NCBI GenBank assembly: GCA_965216875.1
Contig: OZ244207.1
Coordinates: forward strand, 6,624,001-6,688,000
From: Rubripirellula sp.
Lineage (GTDB): Bacteria; Planctomycetota; Planctomycetia; Pirellulales; Pirellulaceae
DNA length: 64,000 bases
Direction of reading: 5' to 3'
Shown: positions 11,301 through 23,300 of the stretch, piece after piece
How positions within the stretch are numbered: the first letter of the stretch is position 1
Layout: the number at the start of each line of letters is the position of its first letter
Position numbers and translations under genes: made by a program
Notes under the pieces: generated by a model
Database searches by the model: none
What the model was told of the DNA's origin: nothing
What the model saw: the letters and a program-made list of their open reading frames with translations, nothing else

Positions 11301-14300
11301 AGTCAAAGACGACATCGTCGCCAATCAATACATCATCGGCGGCCACCAAGGAGACGCCGCGATCGCGAGCCCCGACGACGCGCACGGTTGTTCCATTGGG
11401 GATATTCAAGTCACCGGCGAAACGGAACTGGGCAACCGTGCCGTTTTGGACAATCGACGCAAAGAAAGGCGTGTTGTTAAACAGCCCACCACTGCCAACG
11501 CCGTTGATCCCCAGCGAGGTTGTGTCGATTTCGATCACGTTCGATGTCGTCGTCGCCTGCGGAAGTGGCGTGACTGTGTGCACAACCGGAACGACAAGGT
11601 TGTCAATCGAACCGACGAGTCCCGTCACCGTGACGGAGGTGATCGACGCAAAACTGGCAGGAAGTTCCAAACGGGCGATCGAAGTTCCGGCCGGCACGCC
11701 GATCGTTGCAATGGCTTGAGCGCCAAGCGAAGTTGTTGCTTCAAACACGATCGTTTGCGCGACATCGACTTGCGCGACATCAACGGTTACCAAGGCGAAC
11801 GTCGATCCGTCGTCAGCCGAAAGAGCAAGAATGTCGTCAACCGAGCTGGCGACAAGCGATGGACTTGGCGAGTGGTCAACACTCAAGGTGCCTGTCGAAG
11901 TGAGCGTGAATCCTCTTTCGGTGTAGGGTGTGCCGTCAAAGACGACTTGCGAGCCGAGTCGATCAAATCGAATGGCGCTGCGCTGATCGGCAATCACTTC
12001 AAAGCGAGATTGGTCCAAGACAACCACGCCCGATTCCAAGTCAATGCGATCGCCGTTGATGGCTGCGTCGATCGACCCCGACCCGGTCGCTGCTTGAACA
12101 GTCAACGAATCGGCGGCGCGACTGCCCGAGACCTTGGTCAGGCCCGCACCGGTCGTGTCAATCACATCGATCGGAACACCTGAACTTGGCAGCGTGTCGG
12201 CACGAAGGACCGTTGCGTCATCACGCGTCCACGCGACGGCTGTGTCACTCTCGCTGTTGTCGACGACAAGCGTTTCAATGTCGAACGATGCAGCCATGAA
12301 TTGGTTGGCTTGTGGGAAGCCAGTGATGATCGCTGTGACCTGGTCATCACCTCCGCCACCGACCACCGCAGTGCTTGCCGCGATTGAACGCAAAGTGATT
12401 GCGTCACTCCCCTGCCCTGCATCAACGACGATGTCGGTTTCATCAAGGCCATCGCCAGCTGCAGTGTCGATGGCGATGTGGTCGTTGCCCGAACCGAGGC
12501 GAACATCGACTTGTTGGATTTGTTCGAAAGTAATGCTGGCTTGCAACCGTGAGGCAACGTCGGCTGCGGCGACGCCAAGGATTTCGCCATGTCCCGGTAT
12601 GGTCGAGTCGGCGACCAATCCATCAATGACGGCAAGCGTTGCGGCGGAACGATCGACAACCAGCCGGTTGGTTCCGGTTGCATCACCCACGACATTAATC
12701 GATTCGCGCGCACTCAGTACAGTGACGGTGTTGTCGCCCGTTCCAAGTTCGACGTTAACGGCGTGAGCGGTCGATTCGATGCGTACCGAATCGGATCCGC
12801 CGCCAAGGGTGAGTTGTGTCGGTGCTGCGGTCTCTTCGATCGTCAATTGGTAGTCGGCAAGTTCGGCACCTGCGAAATCGATACCGCCACCGAACTGAGT
12901 AAAGCTAACAGGAGCCGCGGTCAGACCCGTCAGTTCAGAATCGGTGAGCGTTCCCACACGTGACGTGGCGACCGGTGCATGGCGATCATCCAATAACAAC
13001 GAGTTGCTACCCTCATCACCAACAAGGATCAAAGAGGAACGAACGTCGGCGAGCTGTTTCGATTGCGACGGATCGCCGATCGAAACGGTGTCGTCGCCGC
13101 CGCGCAGGTTGACGACAGTTTGAACCATACCAGTGGGCGTGTCCCAAACGTTCAAAGAATCGCCCGCGAGGGAATCGTCGGACAGGTGCAACGCCATGTT
13201 CGACGCGGCATTGGTCGTTAGCAGCGGCATGAAGACGTCTTGAGAAACAACACCAAGGTTGCCCTCCGTGATGACCCATTCGGTTGCGGCCGAGTTGTTT
13301 TCGTTCGAGAAGACAACCTCCTCGACTTGTTGCGTCTCCACCTGATCGGTCCCGTCAGCCTCGCCGAACAAAGTGAATTCAAGTCGATCGTTTCCGAGTG
13401 AACCATTCACGATCGCGCGACTGAGTGGCGTCGACGCCGGGGATCCGTCCGATTCGTTCCCGAGCGCGATCGCGATACTGTCGTTTCCACTACCCAGCAG
13501 CAGTTCGACTTCTTCGACCTGTTCGCCGTAATCAACGACGCCACGCATAGGCAATCCCGTTGTCGATCGGCGTCCGAGTGCGACGGTCAAGCCTTCGTCG
13601 ACAAGACTTGCATCATGCGAGACGCGATCGATTCCTGAACCGCCATCGACAAAGAGTGTCGACTCGATGCCGCCCAGTTGGCCATCGCCAAGGTTGATTT
13701 GGTCGTCCCCAGCACCAGCCTGGAGACGAACGATGCCTGAGGCTCCGTTCACATCCACTTGGTCGTCGCCGCCACCCGCGAAAAGCGTTGTTGTTGCGCG
13801 ATCGAGGGTTTCGTCGATTCGCAGATGATCATCGCTGTCGGTCAGGTGAAGGTCGACGACGTTGAATGCGGTGTAATAAATCCCGTTGCCCGTTCCGAAG
13901 CCCGAAACGGTGTCGAACGTCATGGCGCTTTCAAGGTTCACCGCCGTTACGAAGGTGTTGGGAACGTCCAACGAGATCGGTTCGGCAGCGACAACACGCA
14001 CCTGGGTCACTTCGAACGCCAGGTCGTACTCGACTTCGATGTCGATGGCGATCCCCGACGAGAGCGTTGCTGATTCGGAGACCTGCAGACGATTGATCTC
14101 GCGGCCTTCCACCGGATCAAAGACAGGCTCGATCGACGCGGTGAAGGGATGCAACTGCGAGAACGCGAGGAAGTTGTCGAGTGCGCTCGGGTTGTCGAAG
14201 AGATTGACGAGTGTGCCGGTGCGCAGCGTGACCTCGGTCGTTTCGCTCCGGTTTTCGGGAGCCAGCATTTCGTGAATCAGGCCTTCACGACGAATGCGAT

Positions 14301-17300
14301 GCAGATCGCGCAGTTTGTTGCGCACCACGACCTCAAGCACGTCTGGCGCAACACCTTCCGGGATCACGCTCGCTAATTGTGCTGGATCCGTTGTGATGGA
14401 AACATCTTCGACCAAACGCTGTTCGAGCGAGCCGTCGATCTGGCCATCTGCCGATTGGTCGCCGTCAAGATCAAGATCTGCAAAGCGGTTGTCGAAGATG
14501 ATTGTGTCATCACCAAGCACACCTGTGTCGTTGCCGTCTTGGTCGCGAACATTGCTTCGCGTCAAGCCATCGACAATGACCGGGCCTTTGATACCCGAGA
14601 GGTTTCTTGTTTCGGGAACAAAGACCGGAAGCGTCGACTCGGGAACATCGATGACTTCGGTTTCGACCAAGTCAGGTTGAGCGGTGCGTCTGACGATCGT
14701 TTTGTATCTCGCCGGCACATAGACACGTTTGTATTGCGGGAATAGTTTCACCCGCCCGACGTTGATGCCGTAACCGACAAGCACTTGATAAGAATAGGCT
14801 GCGCGCGTCAGAACCCGCTCCGTCGTCACAATGTCTGGCTGTGGCGTGCGTGTGACTTGCGTGTATTTCGACGCAGGGATCACCACATCCAAGTCAACCG
14901 CATCGCCACCGACATAGACCGTGTCGTTGCCGCTGCCTGTGATGATTTGGATCTCTTGGTCATCAAGCGTTCCGTACAGGTAGACGGTGTCGTCACCGGC
15001 ACCGGTCAAGATGATCAATCGTTCGATGCCTTGGATCTCGGGGATCACCAAGCCGGCACCATAGATCCGCTGGGTAGGAACAAGCTCGCCATCGACATCG
15101 ACGTTTTCGACAAAGATCGTGAAGACGTCATCGACTTGAGTGCCCAACACAACGAGCGTGTCGAAACCGTCGCCACCGAAGATGTTCACCGGCGCGTTCT
15201 TGACATACGAAAGCGTGTCGCGTTCGCCTTCCTCGCTAAAGACGTTGATCTCTTCGGACGGAGTGAAGTTGTCGTCCGATTCGGTGGTGATGTGCGCCTG
15301 CAAGAAAAAGGTGTCGTCGCCCGCTTCGCCGAATAGCGAAATCTCAGCGATGTTGTGATTCACTTCAAAGTAATCATTTCCCGAACCGCCAAAGAACGAG
15401 GCCGGAAAACTGACGCCATTGGTGATTTCATCAACCACATCGATCCGCCCAAGTTTCGGGTCGACAATCGATTTGGTCGAAAGCACGTTGCCAATAAAGA
15501 AGCGGTCGGAGCCACCATCGCCATGGACCGAAAGTTCGGTGCTGCTATCGTCAACGATGAACAGGTCGTTTCCATCGCGACCAGAGACCATCACGTTTTC
15601 GGCAGACCGGTAATCAACAATCTGGCGAAACGCTTCGGTCACGCTCGTGTCGCGAACGACGATGTCGGTCGAGAATTCGTCGAGCGTGTCAAAGGTGGAT
15701 CCATCACCGGCATCTTCCGGACGAGGCGCAAGACGCTGGACGACGTCGACGTCAAAGACGAATGTGTCCGCAACGTTCGTTCCAAAGATGGCGAGATTGT
15801 CGATTCCTAAGTTGTCGTCGTCTTCGCCAATTTCGACGGTTGAGTTGATGTTCGAATTCGAGGTCCCGCTTAGAGTGATCTGGTATTGGTCACCCGATTG
15901 ACCACCGTCGAGGAACGCTTTGCCTGTGAAGTCGCGCAGCGTAAAGACGTTAACACTTAGCGATGGGTGAAGACCTGCGAGATCGTTGTAGCCCAATAGC
16001 TGGACGGTTTCGAATTGCCCATTGATGAATTCAACTTCTCGGCCCGTTTCCAGTCGCGGTGACGGGTTCGAATTGCCTTCTGCGTCGGTTTCCGTTCGAC
16101 CGAAATCGAGAGACGCAACAACAAGCTGCTCATCGCTCAGCGTAAAGTTGGCGTCGCGTGTTTCGAGCAAAGTGTCGTTTCCGGATGCATCGACAAACGC
16201 GTCGACGCCTGCGCCACCCGTAACCAAGTCGTCGCCGCTGCCACTATGGATGAGATCCGCAAAGGGTGACCCGACGATTTCGTCGTCACCACTGCCGGCG
16301 AGCATCGACAAGGCAATCCGGTCGGTCGCGACGTCACTGGCAAAGATCGCATCATCACCGTCGAGCGTTTCGATGATGAGTTGATCGTCGGCCGACCCAC
16401 CGATGCGCTGCGAATTTGCGATCGAGACCGTCGCGCCACCTTGCTGGGCGACATAGACGAGTTCGCCGTCGGTGCGGACATCAAAGGTGTCCGACGAAGC
16501 CGAGCCAACCACACGCAAAACGTCGACCTGGGAATCGATTCCGAATTCGGGTGTGATAAACGTTTCTGTGACGAGGTTGCCTTCGGTGTCGACTTGAGCG
16601 TTTCCGTCACTATCGAGTACGGGTATCTCGACGCGTTTGGAACGCTGGATGCTCCGCAGTTGCACCTCTTCGATGATCGGTTGGCCACCTGCGTCAACGA
16701 TCGGTTCGCCACCAATGTTTTGATGGACAAGAATCTCGGTTGCGTCAACGATGATCGGGACGAGGACGGGTTGTCCGCTGGCATCAAATTGGAATAGGCC
16801 GCCGTCATGCTGCACACGCAAAAAGGTGTCGCCAATCGGTGTGGTGTTTTCCGCGAGCGGTTCCGAGGTCGGGAAGACTTGCGGTACGGTGCGGAATTCG
16901 GAAAGGGTTCGCGTCTCGACCCTCTCGGTGATTGGCATTCCCACTTCATCAAATTGCGGCGTGCCGCCGTTGTTTTGTTGGACGAGGACCGGATTGCCTG
17001 CATCATCAAGAACCACATCGCCGTCGACATTTGAAAGTTCGACGAGCACTGGCGCACCGTCCGCGTCGAATAGGAACGAACCACCCTCGTGCAGTTGGCG
17101 CTCGAATGCGATCGCCGTCTGGGTTTGATCAGCAAACGGAGCATCGTTCGGGAAAACGGTCGGCGTACCCTCTGATTCGACAAGCAGCGTTTCGCCAACG
17201 AATTGGTCTTCTTCGATGGTCGTGCTTTCAAGGATCTCGCCAGTGCCAAAATCGATATCGATATCGGTGATCGTTGTTGCGCTCAAGTCTTGCACGTCGA

Positions 17301-20300
17301 CGCGATCAGCACCCTCGCCAAGCGAGATGCTGATCCGTTGGAAGTCGTCAATGGCAAGTGCGTCACCGATGCCCGACGAGAAATAAACAATGTCAACACG
17401 AGCGTTGCTCGATGCATTGGGACTGATCGTCAGTGCGTCGCTAAAACGTCCTTCAGGCGCGAAGAGTCGAAGTGTGTCGGGGTCGGGGACTTCGGTCGTC
17501 CCCACTGGCAAGAAGACTCCGGTTGGGTTTGCGTCGTCATCGATGATTTCGCCCGTTTCCGGATCGGTGTTGACCGCGAAGGTTGATTGGCCGCCGTCGA
17601 CAAGAGTGTCGGCACCGTCGCCGACTTGCCAGTCGATGGTGTCGCCCCCGGAGCCACCGCGAACTTGGTCGCGGCCGCTTCCGCCGGCAAGTGAGTCGTC
17701 GCCCGCTTGGCCCCAGACCGCATCGGTGCCAGCGCCACCTTTCAGGAAGTCGTCGCCGGCACCGGTGCTGGTGACCAGGGTCACGACCCCAAAAGCGTCA
17801 ATCGAAACCACATCGCCGTAGATCTGATCGTCGCCTTCGCCCCCTTCGATGTTGTCGTCGCCATCGCCGCCGATCAACAGGTCGTCACCTTGATCGCCGC
17901 CAAGGAAATCGTTGTCGTCGTCGCCGCTGATCAAATCGTTTCCGCCGTCGCCGCGCAACATGTCGTTGCCCGTTCCGCCGCCGATGTCGTCATCACCGCC
18001 GCCACCGGAGATCATGTCGTCACCCGCGCCGCCACGCAGCCTTTCTGGGGCTGACGAACCAAAGATCATGTCATTGCCAGCTCCGCCAGAGATTTCGTAT
18101 TGGAACGTTCCGCTTCCGGTTAGCTGAATCAGGTCGTTGCCCGCACCGCCATCGACAAACAAGTTCGCGGAAACGCCGGTGTCCAAAATGTATTCGTCCG
18201 CGCGGCTGGTCCCGTTGATTCGGATTTCGTCGACATCGGCCGGGGCAAAGTCAACGACGTTGCCGCGCGAGGTCACAACGATCCGCTCGTGCGTTGAAAA
18301 GTCAGTCTTGCTCAGCGGATTGACGCGAATCTGTTTTTGCTGGACTTGGTAGATCTCGCCCTGGGTCGGATTGACCGGTTCGCCTGGGCCGGGAACGTAA
18401 TCGAGTGTCAGGACACCGGCGTCAAGTTCGGCGATCTGCGCATTGGGGTCGGCGCAAGTGAAGTTAAACTTGCCGATCACTTCGTTGACAAAGCTACGGC
18501 GAGCTTCGAACAACGTCTGTTGCCCAAAGATTCCCAGGTCGACGCCAACCCAGAAGAACGCATCCAAAAAGGCAGAGAGTTGCCCTTCGGTATCGAAGAC
18601 ACACGACGGACCTTGCGAAAGTCGCGTGGAGAGTTCGTCGACGCTCAAACGGCCATCGTGGATCTTTTGCGATTCAGTGGATAGGAACGGGTTAGGAACG
18701 TCGTTCAAGTCGAATTCGATGGCTGCCTTGATACCACCCTCGACGCCCGCTTCGACAAGTCCCGGAACACCGACCGAAGCGCCAGCGATGATGCTTGAAG
18801 TGAGCGTGACTTCGGGTTTGTCTGACTTAACAACACCGTTGCCGTCGACAACTGCGAAGTTTGGGTCAAAGGTAACGTGATCATCGATAAAGAATCCGTC
18901 AAAGACTTTGCCAACGTCGGCGAGATTGAATCCACCGTCGGCCCAAGTTTTCAAACCCGATGTGTTGAATCCAAAATCAAAGTTTGTGTCAGCGGTGACG
19001 CGACCACCGAGTCTCGCGTTCAGTCCGGGAAAGACGGGGTACGACTTGACGTAGCGGAAGTTCAGATTCAAGCCCGGCAAGTTGTAAACGAACAGGTCAG
19101 CGTCTTTGCCCAGCAGCATGTTGAAGGCGGTGATCGGTTGGCTGAGCAGTGGGAATTGAAAACTTCCTTTCGTGGTTCCAAAGTTCTTGGCAACGTTTTT
19201 GGTTTCTTGATTCTGCGCGTTCTGGTCGATTTGCGTTTGAGGGTCTTTGGCTCCATCACCGCCTGCGACGCCCTGCCCCGTTCGAAGGTCGCCGCCGACG
19301 GTGAATGTCCCCAGATCAATATCAAGGCTTTCACCACCAATCGCTTCGAAGGCCTTGATCGAATCGACAAAGTCACCGACCTGTTCGATTGCACGAACAC
19401 CGGTCGCAACGCTCTTGAACTTGGTTGGCCCCAACACGACTTCGGCAATGTCAAGCAGCGAGGTGGCTGATGCGCCGAGTTGCTCAAGGAATCGAATGTC
19501 GGTTGTCAGCAGGTCGACGATCGGTTTGACCGGATCGATCACCTTCGAAACTTGGGTGACCAGTGGGCTGACGAAGCCCGAAACGAATTCACCCAGCTCA
19601 AGGGTGACGTTTTCGAAGACGACGACGGGGGCATCGCCAAAACTTGCTGACGAGCCGCCCGTGCCAAACTCAGCCTCGGCAAAGGTCTGGTCGTAGTGAA
19701 TGACCGTTCGGATCGACGGGAACTGAAGCCCATCACTTGCGGGGATTTCAACCACCGCGTCCAAGTCGACGTTCGCGCCGGCGGTGACTCGGCCGGTGAC
19801 GGACAGTGCCTCTGCTTTCAGTGGCGACCAGCGGTCATTGCCGTCGCCATCTTGCAAGTCGATTTCGATGCCTCCAAACAATCGGCTCTGTCCATCGTCG
19901 TCGACGGATTCATCAAGCATCACGCGCAAGAAACCGAGTTGTCCCTCGAGCGAGCTTCCCGGTGTGACTGATGCGCTGAAGTCGAGCGAAAGCTCCGAGC
20001 CGCTGTCGGTCACACCCGCGGTGTCAACGTAAAACAGATCGGCTGCTGACAATCCAAACCCGAACCCGAAGGTGTAGCCGAGGTCAAAGACGAGACCTGC
20101 ATCGCCGCTTGTGCTTAGACCAAGGCCAGGTGCCGATGCGTCAAAGGTGATCGGTAGTGTCTTCTGGAAAATGGTGTCCGCCAAGACAACGTTGAACTCA
20201 ACCGTGTCGTCGCTGATTGTGATCCCGATGTCTTCGGGACTGGTGACTTCACGCAAGACCAAGTTGCCAGTCGCGTCATAGGTTGGACGGCCTTCGGCAT

Positions 20301-23300
20301 CCAAGACCGGGACACGCAGCAGGTTTTCGCCCCCGCCGACGGCACCCAAGGCATCGAACAAGCCTTGACGCAGGACGTCGATAACGCTTTCGCCATTCTG
20401 GACCGCTTCCTGAAGTCGCTGGCCGACGCGTCCGCCCGTGTAAACTCCATCGGATCCTTTGACGCCCAGGACATCGTCTCGCAGGTCCGCAACGAAGCTT
20501 GCTGCGTCCGAGAGTGCGTCGCCGACCAGTGGCAAACCGATCGAATCGAGTTGTGCATCAATGTCGGATTCAAGCAAGTCGAATGTCGACTCGAGTCCAC
20601 TTAGGACCTTGGCCGGGTCGTTCAGCAAGGCTCCGATCCCGAGCAATTGCTCGACTCCTGGACCGGCCAAGTCAAAGCTGAGTTCCCCTTCTTCGAACGC
20701 GGCACCAATGTGCAGCACATGGTCGGGAATCGCATCGGCGTTTCGATCTTCGGTCGTTCCGCCAACCGGTATGTCCGAAGCAAGGAAGAGGGGCAGATTG
20801 ATCTCGGTGGCGATCTCGACCGAAACCTCTAAGTCGTCGGAATTGATCGACGACAACTCGTAACGATCGTCTTCGTGGTCGGCGAGTCCGTAAGCGGCGC
20901 GGACATCTAAGTCGACGGTTGCGTCATCGATCAAGAAACCAATCGTGCCGAGCGATGCGTCTTGGACACCAACCAATCTTGCCAGGTCGAGTTGTACTTC
21001 AACGTCGACCGGAGCACCAAGCCCCGCGTCAACGGCGACAAAGATCTCGGATTGATCATCCAAGAATTTGATCGGGTCGGTCACGTCCGACAGATCCAAT
21101 CCAAATCCGAAATCGACACCTGCCGATCCCGACGCTACCAGTTTGACATTGCCATCGTCGCCGCCGATCGACGCTTCGATGGCGTCCAAGTCGATTCGGT
21201 CACGCACTCCATCGAGAAGTGGGCTGTTGTCGATAAACGACTGGATGTCATCGAGGAAAAGGTCACGCAGATCGAGTTCAAAATCGAATTCGACGTCGGC
21301 CAATGCCTTTTCAAACGCAAAGTCGACCAACAGCGTTGAGTTTTCGTAACGCAGTGCAAACGGATCGGCATCAAAACCGAGCACACCGTTGACTGCCGCG
21401 TTGAGTTGGCCAGCGAGTGTGCCGAGGCTCGAACTCGAATCGCTGCGCACGTCTTCGATTGCGTTCTTCAATCCCGTGATCAGGTCCGCGGTCCCGTCGC
21501 CAAACAAATCGATCGCACTTTGGTTGATGCCGGGAAGCTTGCGAGCGATGAGGCTTCCGTTTTCGGGATCTTCGTCAACAAGGGCATCGAGCCCAGCGAC
21601 GAGGGCATCAAGGATTTGGTCAAGGCTAACGCCTCGCAAGTCGAACAAATCGGACAGCCCGGGTGTCTCAAGTTCGATGTCAGCGATCAGCGAGTCGAGA
21701 CTTCCAACGCCGGCAGTGATTTCGCCGCTGGCGCGAATAGCGAGTCCTTCGCGATTGACGCCGGCAAGAGCGCCGGTCAACGAAAGTGGCAAATCGATCT
21801 CGAAACCACCTCCCGCGGAAAGCGATGGCACGAGAAGCATCGGGCTGACTTGATTGCTAAGCAGTGCCGGGTAATCGAGACGGACATCCGTCCCCAAACT
21901 CATTTCACCGCCGATTTCGATCGAGCCTCCGTCGATCGACAGACCAAACGGCCCGATCGCGATATCGACATCAAGCGGTTCGTCGCCACTGCTCGCCTGC
22001 AAGCTGGCCACCAGGTTGGGCGAATCGACATAAAACTGGCCATTGGCATCGAGGCCAAACAGGAACTGCAAGTCGATGCCGGCGGAGACTTCGATCGTTG
22101 GGACCGCATCGGAAGCCACGCGGATACCAAGCGACGTCGGATCGAGATCACCAATGCGCAGTTTCGACAAGTCGAACGCAAACGATTGCTCCGAATCAAG
22201 GCTCGGCAAATCGAGGGTCGCCACAAACGCGACTTCGTTGCTGCTTGAAGCAAAGTCGAGGTTCGGCTGGAGTGCAAGGTCCATTGTGGTGATGACACCG
22301 TCACCATCCAGGTCGCCGCCATCGGCAAAGATCGCGGCAACTTGGTCGACCACGTTTTGTTGCAAGCCGTCAAGCAACGGGTCAGCGGCGCCTAGTTCAA
22401 TTCCTAAGATCCCCGCCAAGTTCACGTCGCCGATGAATGGAATCTCGACACTGCTGCTAAGAAACCGATCGAGTTGTTCGCCGAGGCCGCCCACCCAATT
22501 GCCAAAGGCATCCAACCCTTGGACCAGCCGCACTTGTTCGGGCGATTGCGTGTTGACGACGCTGGTCGTTTCGGCCGGTGGGTTCCAACGCACGCCGGGG
22601 GCGATCTCTGCGGCCATCAACCCAGCGCCGTCGTTTGAATCACGCAGTCCAATCGTGTGCCCGATTTCGTGCATGACAACCGTCAACAGATCAATGTTGC
22701 CTTCGGGGACCGATTCATCCGATTCGGGCGTTAGATCAACATGCCAGAAATGGCCTCCGGCGGTTGAGTCGATCAGGATGGTTCCGTCGGCAAGGCGGCG
22801 GGCAAGTTCTGATTCAGGAAGGTGTCCAAAGGAGATCGATGGCCGCGGTACAACGACGGTCGCTGATGTGTCGCCCGCGACAACCAAGTCGGCCGCCTGC
22901 CATCGGGCGACCGCTTGATCAATGATCGCGTCGATCGACTCATCCACTTCGGTGATTGCAGCCGCTGGCAACTGTGGCGCGGTCAACGCTTGTTGCACGC
23001 TTGGCCCGCTCGACTGCGCAATCGATGTCGGGACATCGCGGCGAAGTTCTCCCGGCGCAAGCTCACTTTGCATGATCGCTGCGGAACTGTCGATTCGTAG
23101 ACCGCGCGCGATCTCGTGAATCAACACGCTCTTCAGGTCGATCTTGCCAGCCGGGACAGGATCTTCGGTAACGTGCCAGCCGAAATCCGCGGCGGTCGCA
23201 TCGATCAGAAGTTCGCCACTTGGCGTGCGTGCTGAAAGATCCGTGCCGGGCAAGTCAACGATGCGAACGGAAAGTTGAGCTGGATCCACAAGCACGCCGC

